From the NCBI RefSeq assembly GCF_964194025.1, contig NC_134472.1, forward strand, positions 22,878,001 through 22,942,000: DNA of 64,000 nt, written 5' to 3'. The translations under genes were made by a program, and so were the position numbers. This document shows positions 12,391 through 22,618 of the stretch, one piece after another; within the stretch, counting starts at the first letter, position 1; each line of letters opens with the position of its first letter. This DNA is from Convolutriloba macropyga (lineage: Eukaryota). The notes beneath the pieces were generated by a model. It saw only the letters and a list, made by a program, of their open reading frames with translations, did not search any database and was not told the DNA's origin.

Positions 12391-12789
12391 ATGAACATTG
12401 AGGAAATTGTAGCGTTAGAGAAAGAAATCAGTAAACTTTTTGTTGGAAATACAAAACGCAAAAATTATTTTTTGGCTGTCTGTCGAAGCTTGAACAAAAA
12501 TGTAGATCTGGATAAAATCAACAGAGAAACTCCGTTTGGGGGACTAATAGGAGTTGGTGACTCAAAGTTAGAAAAACTTCTGAATTGGTCAAAAATTTTT
12601 CGATTACATGCTACATTTCATGATGCCGCAGGATACCTGAAAACAAATCTAAATATTGGCCCTGGATATTGTTACGTTGTTCCATTTTTTAATTCTATAT
12701 TGAATTTTTGCTTCTTGGGACATATAACAGGTCTTGCATATTGTTGTTTTTTGAAAATGTCATCACGATTCCAATTAATCAAAGTGTGA
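12391..12789 (+). CDS. Polinton protein with an H-x3-HD motif (possibly PLA2-like)
   Basis: FRLHATFHDAAG and GPGYCY motifs; likely ATG at 12391. Confidence 0.6.
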   Translation: MNIEEIVALEKEISKLFVGNTKRKNYFLAVCRSLNKNVDLDKINRETPFGGLIGVGDSKLEKLLNWSKIFRLHATFHDAAGYLKTNLNIGPGYCYVVPFFNSILNFCFLGHITGLAYCCFLKMSSRFQLIKV

Positions 12790-12831
12790 ATCATTATTAC
12801 AAAAAGACGAACAAAAATCAGTTGCTCTCTA

Positions 12832-13086
12832 ATGACAGATCATCTCAATCACGCATCTGACTTTATTTTTGATAATAACAATCAGGAAAGACCTCCTTGG
12901 AAAATCTGTGGTCGCACTTGCTCTCGAACAGCTTTTTTGTCAATATTTCAGTGCTTAGTTGTATTAGTACTGCTTCTGTTTTCAATTATTAATCTTATTT
13001 TTGCAAGAACTTGTGACGAACGAACAGTTTGGATTGCTATTCTTTCAAGTGCCGTTGGTTATATACTTCCTAATCCCCGAACATAA
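12832..13086 (+). CDS. Small two-TM membrane protein of a type common in Polintons and related dsDNA viruses
   Basis: W-x2-C N-terminus, two hydrophobic helices, C-terminal GYILPNP; lies immediately upstream of the ATPase. Confidence 0.75.
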   Translation: MTDHLNHASDFIFDNNNQERPPWKICGRTCSRTAFLSIFQCLVVLVLLLFSIINLIFARTCDERTVWIAILSSAVGYILPNPRT

Positions 13087-13087
13087 A

Positions 13088-13828
13088 ATGAACAAAATCA
13101 TTTCAACAAACGAACGAATTTTGATGTATCTTGTTGGTCCTTCCGGATCTGGAAAAACTGTTTTTATCAATGATATGCTACGAATGAAAACTTTTCAGCC
13201 ATCATTTGATCGAATTTTATACTTTTATAAGCACTTTCAGACAATTTACGACATAATGATGCAATCAATTGCAGACATAGAATTCATTCAGGGAGTTGAC
13301 TTTGATTTAATCGATAACTTACCCGCTGACGGCACTAAATATTTACTTATATTCGATGATTCATTGGACATTCTTTCCAAGTCTGAAAAGTTCAACGGAA
13401 TTGCGACAGCCGGTAGACATCGAAACCTAAATTGTGTATATATCAAGCATAATCTCTTCCACAAAAACAAAACTGGACGTGATGCCGAGCTGCAGACTAC
13501 TCACATTGTTTTGTTCAAATCACCGAGAGATGTGCAGCAGATTGATATCTTGGGAAGACAGCTAGGACTCGGAAGACAACTAAAACAGTGGTATGATGAT
13601 GCAACACAAGAACCGTATGGTCATCTTATGATTGATTTGAGACCATCTACACCTGATTTGTTGAGATACTGTTCAAATGTAACATCATTTCCCTCAGATT
13701 TCTTCGTACCGAACAGTCGTGCTCGTATTACTGATATTAATTATAAACGCACAGAACTATTATACTCTGAAGCTCTTTCGGAATCTCAGCAAGAAATTTC
13801 AACCAGCTTTCCTTCTAAATTGTCCTAA
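13088..13828 (+). CDS. A32/FtsK-like genome-packaging ATPase
   Basis: Walker A GPSGSGKT, Walker B LLIFDD, arginine motif GRHRN, FKSPRD and PYGHLMIDL. Confidence 0.95.
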   Translation: MNKIISTNERILMYLVGPSGSGKTVFINDMLRMKTFQPSFDRILYFYKHFQTIYDIMMQSIADIEFIQGVDFDLIDNLPADGTKYLLIFDDSLDILSKSEKFNGIATAGRHRNLNCVYIKHNLFHKNKTGRDAELQTTHIVLFKSPRDVQQIDILGRQLGLGRQLKQWYDDATQEPYGHLMIDLRPSTPDLLRYCSNVTSFPSDFFVPNSRARITDINYKRTELLYSEALSESQQEISTSFPSKLS

Positions 13829-14060
13829 AGAGTTCATCAGATTTCTCTGTGAGTGTATTGTAAACTTGATTGAAGGAAACCTCACAGGAGTAAGAAAAAA
13901 TCAGTTTGTTCGCTTCCAAAAACAACTTAGAAAGCTCACGTCAAAATCAACAACCCTCAATTCCAGAAGACTTATATTGGGCTCGAAAGCTGGAATAACA
14001 ATATTAGGTTACATATATCAACCTTGTATGAACAAATTTTCAACTTTCTTCAATGAGTGA
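13719..14060 (+). CDS. Conserved basic Polinton protein overlapping the ATPase 3' end
   Basis: FLCECIVNLIEGNL...LRKL...RRLIL pattern typical of the ORF that follows the Polinton ATPase; no upstream in-frame ATG, so the start is possibly mutated. Confidence 0.7.
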   Translation: MLVLLILIINAQNYYTLKLFRNLSKKFQPAFLLNCPKEFIRFLCECIVNLIEGNLTGVRKNQFVRFQKQLRKLTSKSTTLNSRRLILGSKAGITILGYIYQPCMNKFSTFFNE

Positions 14061-14523
14061 GGTCAAAAAGTTTGTTCTTGTTCCAAAAGAACTGTGGAAG
14101 TCCAGAAAAGGGAAATTCCCGGAACCCTCCAGCGAGATCTATAAAAAGGAAGAAACTGTTTTTCCAGTTATCAAAAAAGCGAAAGAAGAAATTAGTTCCG
14201 AAAAAACCGATCGTCCACCTAAAGAACTTAAGACAGATCTGGAATTTCACTATAAGAACAGTCCCGAGACATTGGAAACTTTGAAAGAAATTTACGAAAA
14301 CAAACGATTGAAAGTTTCACTTTCCAATACAATTATTGTTGACAACGTTGACACAGGAGTTGATATAAAAACATTCCTTCATTCAATCAAATTGAAAAAC
14401 GCTCCAGTTGATCCAAACTATTTCCTAATTCTTAAAGTTCTAAATCTGAGACCACATCTGGTTAGAAACAACATTTTGAGGACACAGTATGGCTCAGACT
14501 GGTTCAATTACAGTATCAGATAG
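14053..14523 (+). CDS. Polinton hypothetical protein
   Basis: 156 aa, overlaps both neighbours as in compact viral gene arrays; KKFVLVP N-terminus. Confidence 0.7.
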   Translation: MSEVKKFVLVPKELWKSRKGKFPEPSSEIYKKEETVFPVIKKAKEEISSEKTDRPPKELKTDLEFHYKNSPETLETLKEIYENKRLKVSLSNTIIVDNVDTGVDIKTFLHSIKLKNAPVDPNYFLILKVLNLRPHLVRNNILRTQYGSDWFNYSIR

Positions 14524-15433
14524 AATCAAATTGCAGAAGTTGTATAAAGGGAAGGGATCAACAGCTTTCGGTTCTATCGACAACCTAACAAAATCAAGTG
14601 GAATAAGTCGCGAGAAAGTTACAGAATTTTTACAATCAAAAGACTCTTATACGAAGTACAAAGGGATCGGAAAAAAATTTCCCCGGCTAAATGCGCATGC
14701 TCGCTATATTGATGAGATTTGGTGTTTGGATCTTGCACAAATGGATAAACTATCACAATGGAACCGAGGTATCAACTTTTTACTCGTTACTGTCGATGTT
14801 TTTTCTCGATTCTTGCCAGTAGAAGCATTACGAAGCAAAGGAGCAGAGGGTGTGAAAGCAGCTTTTATCAAAATGTGTTCGAAAAAGAACGAACTCAATT
14901 TCCCGAAAAAATTATGGCTAGATCAAGGAAAAGAGTTTTTCGGAGATATGGCCAATTTCTGCGAGGATGTGGGAGTCAAATATTATCACACTTATAGTGA
15001 AACAAAAGTAGCTTTTGGCGAGAGAGCTATACGAACCCTGAAAAACTTAATTTACCGCTACCTGGAGGAAAAGGACACATTATCTTACATCAAAGACCTG
15101 CAAATGTTTGTTGACATCATCAACTCTAGAATAAATCGAAGTATTGGTTTGGCTCCCAAAAATGTAGTAAATGCTGACTTTTTGACTGTCATGTACAAGC
15201 GGATGAAACTACGAAAAAACAAAAAGCCTAATTTTAAAGTAGGTGATAAAGTTCTGTTGGTATTAGTAGGGCACAATTTTCGAAAAGGATATAAGCCTCA
15301 CTATACACATGAAATTTTCCTAATTCGAAAAATAAACACTTTGGCTCCTTTCCCGACTTACTTTGTTGTTGACCAGAAAGGAGAAAACATTGATGGAATC
15401 TTTTACGAGCAAGAATTGTCAAAAGTTAAATAA
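14489..15433 (+). CDS. Retroviral-like (rve) DDE integrase of the Polinton
   Basis: WCLDLAQMD, VDVFSRF, LWLDQGKEF, ERAIRTLK, FKVGDKV, FRKGYKP and FYEQEL motifs; no C-terminal chromodomain seen. Confidence 0.96.
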   Translation: MAQTGSITVSDRIKLQKLYKGKGSTAFGSIDNLTKSSGISREKVTEFLQSKDSYTKYKGIGKKFPRLNAHARYIDEIWCLDLAQMDKLSQWNRGINFLLVTVDVFSRFLPVEALRSKGAEGVKAAFIKMCSKKNELNFPKKLWLDQGKEFFGDMANFCEDVGVKYYHTYSETKVAFGERAIRTLKNLIYRYLEEKDTLSYIKDLQMFVDIINSRINRSIGLAPKNVVNADFLTVMYKRMKLRKNKKPNFKVGDKVLLVLVGHNFRKGYKPHYTHEIFLIRKINTLAPFPTYFVVDQKGENIDGIFYEQELSKVK

Positions 15434-15460
15434 TCATTTTTGAATTAGTCGCGCTAGAAA

Positions 15461-15799
15461 ATGGACGGTTACAATCTGCCTTATTTTAAAGGAGTTCCTC
15501 GTCAGAGAGGGCGTGGCTTTGGAGCCTTGGCAAGAACAGTCGCTAGAACAACTCTCCCAATTCTCAAGAAATACGTTTTACCTGCAGCAAAAAAAATTGG
15601 ACGAGATGTAATCGAGTCAGCCATTCCCGAAATTGGAGGTGTTTTATCAGGACAGACTTCAATTAAAAAAGCAGTAAAGAAGACTGCGAAATCAACAATA
15701 CGAAAACAAGTTGGTGGTGGTATGAAAAAGAGGAAAAACACGAGACAAAGTATCGTTCGGCAAAAAATTCGGAAAGACTTTCTGATGAACCTTGACTAA
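15461..15799 (+). CDS. Basic virion core protein (adenovirus pVII-like)
   Basis: QRGRGFG and QVGGG protease-site-like motifs, amphipathic helices, K/R-rich tail. Confidence 0.75.
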   Translation: MDGYNLPYFKGVPRQRGRGFGALARTVARTTLPILKKYVLPAAKKIGRDVIESAIPEIGGVLSGQTSIKKAVKKTAKSTIRKQVGGGMKKRKNTRQSIVRQKIRKDFLMNLD

Positions 15800-15840
15800 T
15801 CATTTTCCCAAACAAACGTCACAGAGTACAGTCAAACATC

Positions 15841-16639
15841 ATGAATTCGTTTTATCTTGAATTAGTGTCCAACGCTTCCTCTCAAGTTTATCCTCAAAAT
15901 ACAATGGCTTCATTCACTAATTTTCTTCCCGACAAAATTGAACTGGATGGATCTTGGGAAGTAGCTTTAGTCGAAGTATCATATCCCGGTATATGTTATA
16001 ACGTTGAAGGAGGATTGATGAACTTTCACTATGATGAGAAATTTAAGCATGTCTTTGCCATTCCACCAGCAGTTTTTAACTCTATGGATGAATTTGTAAA
16101 GAGTCTTACAGATATTCCCAAAAAAAGCACGACATCCCAAAAACTTAGATCCTCAATTTTCCATCAACATCGACAAAAAAAGTCGAAGACTAACTTTTTG
16201 CAATAGAGAATCTCAAAATGTATCATTCAGCAAAAGTTTGGCTGCTAACTTGGGCGTTGAAGCTGACAAACCTGTTATGCCTTATTCGAAAAGATCATAC
16301 AACACCAAGTCCTGGGCAACGGCTGATCTCCCTTTTGATATTACTGGAACACATACAGTTTTACTCTACTTGGATATAGTTGAACCCAATTCAGTCGGTG
16401 ATGTGAAATGTCCTCTTCTACGCTCCTTTCCATTCAAACACCGAGAGTTCCATAATGATGAGATTAAGAGATCGCAAGTTCTGAGTTATCGCAGTTTCGA
16501 ACACTTGAGATTCCATAAAGTAATCAAATCGAGTTTCCACAGTATCCATGTAGAATTAAGAAACGCTGCTGGACACCTTGTTCCCTTCTTCCCTATTGGT
16601 CAAGTTCAACTTACTTTATTATTCCAGAAAAAATCTTGA
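15841..16639 (+). pseudogene. Minor capsid protein (penton), +1 frameshift
   Basis: FYLELVSNAS...NTMASFTNFLP...WEVALVEVSYP in one frame; DIVE...VGDVKCPLLRSF...IHVELRN...VPF in the next. The second frame is open from 16100, so the shift is most likely in the A7 run at 16120-16126. Confidence 0.88.
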
Positions 16640-16679
16640 TCATTTCCTCAATTATCATTATAAAAAACGGTCGGCTAAA

Positions 16680-17918
16680 ATGAATTCCTTATCTCACTCT
16701 ATGCTCGACTTTTTTGGGAAAGTTCCAATTTTAGACCCAATTCTTTGGTCCAATGAACAACAAATATTTCCAACAAATTCCTTAAACGAGTCAACAATCG
16801 AATTTCAATTGGAAACTGATCGTAATATTTTCACTGACTTGCGATCTACTCGATTATTCATCAGAGGAAGGGTTATTAAAGGCGATCGAACACGTTTGGA
16901 TAATGCCGAAGAAACATTATTGGTAAACAATGCTCTTCATTCACTTTTTTCTAATTGCGAAGTCTATCTAAACAATGAACAAGTTCACAGTGCCAATTCT
17001 CTTTATGCTCATCAAGCTTTTGTTTCTGCTGAGTTTTCAGGTACAAAAGGAACGAAGGAAAGCTTGTCTCAATGTCAAGGATATCGATACGAGATTGAGC
17101 CAAACGGTTTTAATAAAAGACCGTTTACAGATGTTGTTTTTCAAAAAGATAAAGATGAGTTTACTTTTTACGGTCCGTTGGCAATAGGTCTATTTGCTTG
17201 TGAAACTTTACTTCTCCCAAATGTCATCCTCAGACTGAAGTTGATCCGGTCTTCTCCAGCGTTCTATATGATCGATACTGGTGGGCTGAACTCTGAGGCC
17301 TTAATTTTGGAAGCTTGCCTTTTTACTAGACAGGTAGCAATCTCAGATAACTGGATGAGAAGTTTCAAAAGCAGACTGCTTCGAGAACCTGCCATATTTT
17401 ACTATAATGAAGAGCTTCCAAAGACGTTTATTATTCCCGCAGGACAGAACCAGTTTATACAAGAAAATATATTTTCAAACAAACCAATTCGAATGATTGA
17501 TATTGCTATGAATCTAAATAATGAGTTCAGTGGAACATACAACACGAATCCGTTCCATTTTCGTAAATTTGGTCTTCGGCAAGTTAAAATTGTGCGTGGG
17601 AATCAAACTATAGTCAACTTGAAAACAGAAAATCACGTGAGAGCTTATGCTGAAACAATGAAAGCACTCAAGTTTGATGATGACGGTCCTAACATTCAAT
17701 ACAAGGATTTTGAAAACCATTTTCATTTATTTTTCGATCTTACTTCAACACAGGAGGCCAATGTCGAAATGCATTTTCCTGATGTAGTTGGAGCAGGAAT
17801 TCGTTTAGAGCTCTACTTTGCTAACAATTTGAGCAATACTGTAGAATTATTTGTTAGTGGTGAACGTATAAGTTCAATTGCAATTGATAAGGAGGGATCA
17901 GTCACCAAAAATGGATAA
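16680..17918 (+). CDS. Major capsid protein (double jelly-roll hexon)
   Basis: LDFF...IEFQLE...NNALHSLFSNCEVYLN...LLPNV.LRLKL.RS...NPFHF...FDLT motifs of Polinton MCP; likely ATG at 16680. Confidence 0.93.
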   Translation: MNSLSHSMLDFFGKVPILDPILWSNEQQIFPTNSLNESTIEFQLETDRNIFTDLRSTRLFIRGRVIKGDRTRLDNAEETLLVNNALHSLFSNCEVYLNNEQVHSANSLYAHQAFVSAEFSGTKGTKESLSQCQGYRYEIEPNGFNKRPFTDVVFQKDKDEFTFYGPLAIGLFACETLLLPNVILRLKLIRSSPAFYMIDTGGLNSEALILEACLFTRQVAISDNWMRSFKSRLLREPAIFYYNEELPKTFIIPAGQNQFIQENIFSNKPIRMIDIAMNLNNEFSGTYNTNPFHFRKFGLRQVKIVRGNQTIVNLKTENHVRAYAETMKALKFDDDGPNIQYKDFENHFHLFFDLTSTQEANVEMHFPDVVGAGIRLELYFANNLSNTVELFVSGERISSIAIDKEGSVTKNG

Positions 17919-18305
17919 TCAACAACTCTTACATGTTGTCAACAGGTTCCCACACCTAAAGTTCAAATACCTCGGTTCCTTCCCTGCAGATCTTCGACCA
18001 AAAAATTTACCTACAAACACGTTTTGTATAATCAACATAGATCCATCTACTCAACCGGGCTCCCACTGGATTTTGCTTGCGAATAAGAATGAAAGTTGTT
18101 CTACGGTGATTCGATGGGAGAAGTTTTGGAAAAATATGGCATCAGGACAAAAGCAAACTTTGGTTCATTAGTACAGGAGAAACTCGAAGATTCAGAATTG
18201 TGTGGTTTATATGCTATTTATTTTGCCCATGTGTTATTTTCCAAAGTCTCATCTAAATATTTAAATGATTTTCATATATTGAAGTTCTTTGCTGATGTTT
18301 TGTAA
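17911..18305 (+). pseudogene. Adenain-like cysteine maturation protease, frameshifted
   Basis: GSFPAD...IINID...PGSHW in one frame, FYGDSMG...CGLYAIYF in another; a 1-nt loss near 18093 (GAAAG) would explain the shift. Confidence 0.88.
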
Positions 18306-18545
18306 GTTTTGAAAACCAAAATCTTGAAATTTTTAAACAGTAATCCGTAAAATGTTGCAAATGGTTTTCAAAACTTTCTATTGAGGTTTTGTAATTTTGT
18401 ATTTTATTATTTGTATGTGTATTTGTATCTAATTCAGTTATTTCAAAAAAAAGGTCTTTTGTTGAAAAGAGATTTTGGTAGGAAAACTGTGAATTAAAAA
18501 AGAGGCGATATATATATATACATATATAAGACTAAGGAAAACGAG

Positions 18546-21210
18546 TTATAAATCTAAAGGAGTAGTGTGAATACCATCTTCACAGACTTTACGCTTGGGA
18601 TAAAAATATGACAGTCCCACTTTCTTTAGTTCATAGGTACAAACTTTCTTGTTGTCAACAACTCTGAAGCCACGATTTGTTGAATAAACTCGCTCCTCAT
18701 TGAAAAGAACTTTTCTATACTTGTTTAGGGGCTCCTCAATGTTGTTCTTGTTGAGTCCTTTACTTGATAGTTTAACTGTGTCTGTTTCCTCATCGTAGCA
18801 GCAGTACGTCTTTGAACAAAGAGCAATCATTTCAGAGCATCTAAATTCTTCCTTAAAAAGTCCCGGAGTTCTCTTGTCAAAGGCAGCATGTTTCCTGCAA
18901 CATTCTCGTGGGAAGAAATTGCTGCTAGAGTTTGCTGCAAAGTTATCATTGCAGTCGCTCTGTCTCATCCAGTACCACACTGATCGCATTTCTGGTCGAA
19001 TGATGTCTTCAATTTTTTCCTCACTAAGGGCCATGTAGAGACTGTCGGTATCCATTTCGATGAGTTCGTACTTGTTCTTATCACAGAAAGGGGTGAAGAA
19101 GTTGTATTTAAGTTGTAACATGGTGAGTTTGGCGTACTGGAGGATGAAGAAGCCTACAATGATTGGTTCTTTATGATCGATACGCGACTTGCTCATTTCT
19201 ACCTCATATATGTGCTCTGGTAGCTCATTCATAGTCTTGAAAAACCTATTGTTGATAAATTTGTCCACCTGTGATCCTTTCACGTACTTGGTATTCGTAT
19301 GTCGACTACGGTCCATGATCTGATATCCATACGAACTGTTTCCAATCAGCTTCATTGTCTCCGCAACGACTGTTGACTCCCTGTTCTGGTCTCCTTCGCG
19401 GCGGGCATCGACAACATTCTGAACAAATGTCTCAAAGCAGCGTCGGGGAGTGTATTGAAGAAACCAAAAGACGTCTTTCAGGATCACACCTTTTTCTAGA
19501 TAAAATAACAAAAGTGGCGTGATAACTGGTCCTCGTTCAAGCTTGAAACTGGAAATGAGCTTTTTTCTGGGTCTGGATAGTAATTTGTTGCGTTCTGCAA
19601 ACTCTTTCATATGGTCCCCAATATCATCTCGTCCCACTTCACAATTCTTGAAAATTGGAGGAACGTCTTCAAAGTAAGGATACATTTCCTCTGGGACTTC
19701 AAGACTACAATCGACGACACCAAACAGTTCTCCACGTTGAATTTTCTCAATGAGCGAGTGCTTGTTCATCGCTGGTTGGAAGGGATAATTTGACTTGAGA
19801 AAGTCTTCAACCCCATTTGTGTTTTTGCTCCTCCACTTCTTCCATTGACACTCCCAGATCTCTTCAACATTCAACCCCAATCCCTTCAGGTACTCTCTTC
19901 TATCATTGTCACGTTCTCTCCGCTTCAATCCGCTTTCAATGTCCTCGAAGAGAAGCGGTTTTTCCTCTTGACACGGACAAAAATGAAAGAAGCAACCCAT
20001 CGCTTCAAAAACCGTGTTGCAATGGTTACAAAACCCATCAACTAAATAAGGACCGAGCTTCTTTTGTTTCTTGTGTGTGAACTGGGTTTGTATTTTACAA
20101 TTGGGATGAACCTGTTGGAAGTAGTCCATGACCTGCTGTTCAAAGTAGCTTCTCCAGTTCCTGTTCGGATGAAATTTTTCAGTCTCTTCATTGTACTCCC
20201 ACTTTGTATAGGGTCCTGTTGGCATCTCTTTTGTCATGGAAAAAGGGTACAACTGACTGGCATCTATTCCGACGATGGACTTGCAAACGTTTTCTGACTC
20301 TCGAATTTTTGTTCCACCAACTTTTGCATACCTTGTAAAGATAATTGAGGGTCCCCCTGTTAGCCACTTTCGAATGTAATTACCATATTCTTTATCCTTC
20401 TCACAAAACGGAAAAAAAGCTGCATCTGTTGACGAATGAAGGAACCTGTTTGCCAAGTTGGGAAGAGTGTAGCCCAACTTCAACATGTCTACTTGTCTTG
20501 AGTGGTAAAAACTGATCATTTTCTTCATAGCCTCAAGTGTAGGTTCGACATCTTTGTTATTGTACCACATGAGGAAGTCACGAAACGTCTGCATACCTCT
20601 TCTTTCCCATATATTTTGGAGCTCCGAGTAATTTTCTTCGGCATTTTGTGGAACTTTCTTGAGTCTCAACTTCTTCAAAATTTCATCCTGCTCCATTCCA
20701 CCGTTTTTCAATTCCACAAACTTATTGTAATCGACTGAAAGAACGTTGTGATTCTTCAACTTGCTCCAAAAGCTGTCAATTGGTGGCAGTTGGGATACAT
20801 TCAACTTCTCAATACTGTCGAACCATTCATAGGGGAAGAAACCTTTCTCTTCACTCGCTCCATAGGCTTTTAGGAAGTTATCCAAAGTTGTCGCTCCTCC
20901 CAGGAAGTTTAAAATGTCCAGAAACTGTAAACCAAGAAAATTCATGCCAATATATTTATTCCCCATTCGAATCACTTTAGGAATAACGTTTTTTTCTATT
21001 AAGAGGTGATGCAGAAGATACTCTTTGATTAAGTTCAAATCGTACCTCGAACTGTTGAAACCAAACACAGGAATGGTGCTGTAATAGTGCTCAAAATCTT
21101 GTCTCAAGTTTGATAACATCTTGAGCTCACATCTCAGTCTCTGAATTTCAAGGTCTTCGTCTTCCTCGCCGTCAGGTTCCGCCTCGTTATCAATTAAGTC
21201 TTCCGCTCCG
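18546..21210 (-). CDS. Protein-primed family B DNA polymerase, N-terminally truncated, with a VSR-like nuclease insertion
   Basis: ExoII FNSSRYD, ExoIII YNNKDV, DASQLYP, KLIGNSSYG and MDTDS. The frame stays open upstream of M(21119) (GAEDLIDNEAEPDGEEDEDLEIQRLRCELK) until it meets the repeat array at ~21210. ExoI and the terminal-protein region are absent. Confidence 0.95.
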
Positions 21211-22112
21211 GTAAATGACCTTACTGAATTGTTAAGAGATTATCTTGCTAATCTTTTTCGTGAGAACAGCTTGGGTATCGTGCTGTGAGGTATATTATTG
21301 TCAATTGACATTTTCAAAGTGTAATATGTGAAAAGGTAAATGACCTTACTAAGAGATTATCTTGCTAATCCCTTTCGTGAGAACAGCTTGGGTATCATGC
21401 TGTGAGGAATATCTTTGGAATTTGACATTAGTAAAGTGTAGTATGAGAAAAGGTAAATGACCGTACTGATTTGTTGTTAAGGCACTATCTTGCTAATCCC
21501 CCTCGTGTGAACAGCTTGGGTATCGTGCTGTGAAGTACATTATTGGAATTTAAAATTAGAGAAGTGTAATAAGGGAAAAGGTAAATGACCTTATTATTTT
21601 GTTGCTAAGTCATATTCTTGCTAATCCCTTTCGTGTGAACAGCGTGGGTATCATGCTGTGAGCTACGTCTTTGGCATTAGTAATGTGTAATATGAGAAAA
21701 GGTAAATGACCGAAATAGATTGTTAAGGTTTTATTTTGCTAATCTCTGTCGTGAGAATAAATTGAGTTTCATGCTGGTTCGAAATGAGTAGTTATTAAGA
21801 AATTCCCCCTCGTGTGAACAGCTTGGGTATCGTGCTGTGAAGTACATTATTGGAATTTAAAATTAGAGAAGTGTAATAAGGGAAAAGGTAAATGACCTTA
21901 TTATTTTGTTGCTAAGTCATATTCTTGCTAATCCCTTTCGTGTGAACAGCGTGGGTATCATGCTGCGAGCTACGTCTTTGGCATTAGTAATGTGTAATAT
22001 GAGAAAAGGTAAATGACCGAAATAGATTGTTAAGGTTTTATTTTGCTAATCTCTGTCGTGAGAATAAATTGAGTTTCATGCTGGTTCGAAATGAGTAGTT
22101 ATTAAGAAATTC
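21210..22112 (-). repeat. Right-arm tandem array of the same ~120-bp unit in inverted orientation, with an internal 307-bp duplication
   Basis: Repeated GGTAAATGACC...CTAATCCC..CGTGwGAACAGCTTGGGTATCrTGCTGTGA; 21498-21805 is nearly identical to 21805-22112. Confidence 0.93.
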
Positions 22113-22348
22113 AACTTCTTATCTTTTTTACAAACGAAATTTTATTCAGCTGCGGGAAACATTGTCTTCCTTTGTTAAATTTGAGACTCAAATAAGTTGT
22201 AAATTACACTTAATTACACTTAATTTTTCATCCGGGGTTCGAGTCCGGGTGGGATCGTCTTTTGCTAAAACTGATTTTGTGTTAATAAATTAGGATGTGA
22301 TTACGTTATGATCCATTATAAATATGATTAAAATCTAAGTCATCTCAA

Positions 22349-22420
22349 GTACCAATGGTTCAGTGGTAGTATCTGAGACTCCCATCCGGGGGTCCCGGGT
22401 TCGATCCCGGGTGGGGTCCT
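22349..22420 (+). ncRNA. tRNA-Gly(CCC)-like sequence / Pol III type-2 promoter inside the Polinton (not a canonical tRNA)
   Basis: A box TGGTTCAGTGG (22356-22366), CT-CCC-AT loop, B box GGTTCGATCCC (22398-22408) with a paired T arm; acceptor and anticodon stems pair poorly. Confidence 0.65.
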
Positions 22421-22452
22421 CTTGTGTTGTTCAATGGTTTCTCGGCTGAAAA

Positions 22453-22618
22453 TCTGGTGTACATTGGCGAGCATTAGCCGGCGGGGTTTTCTATATAGAG
22501 TCTGATAGTTGCATGGGTATATGTGATAGGTAAGACGGGAGTTGACACATAGCGCATATCACATATACTCTAAGTGGCTTTCAGACTCGCAGAAAACCTT
22601 CAGCCATCAATGTCCAGA
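22453..22618 (+). ncRNA. Long imperfect RNA hairpin downstream of the tRNA-like element
   Basis: Pairings 22483-92/22591-600, 22498-505/22581-88, 22507-12/22574-79, 22515-28/22557-70 and 22453-67/22607-18; non-Watson-Crick pairs within these helices are G-U on the + strand. Confidence 0.6.

Noticed and set aside
19611-20980. Short plus-strand ORFs overlapping PolB
   Set aside because: They are antisense shadows of the PolB frame with no motifs.
22349-22420. Functional tRNA-Gly(CCC)
   Set aside because: The acceptor and anticodon stems do not pair; only the promoter boxes and T arm are intact.
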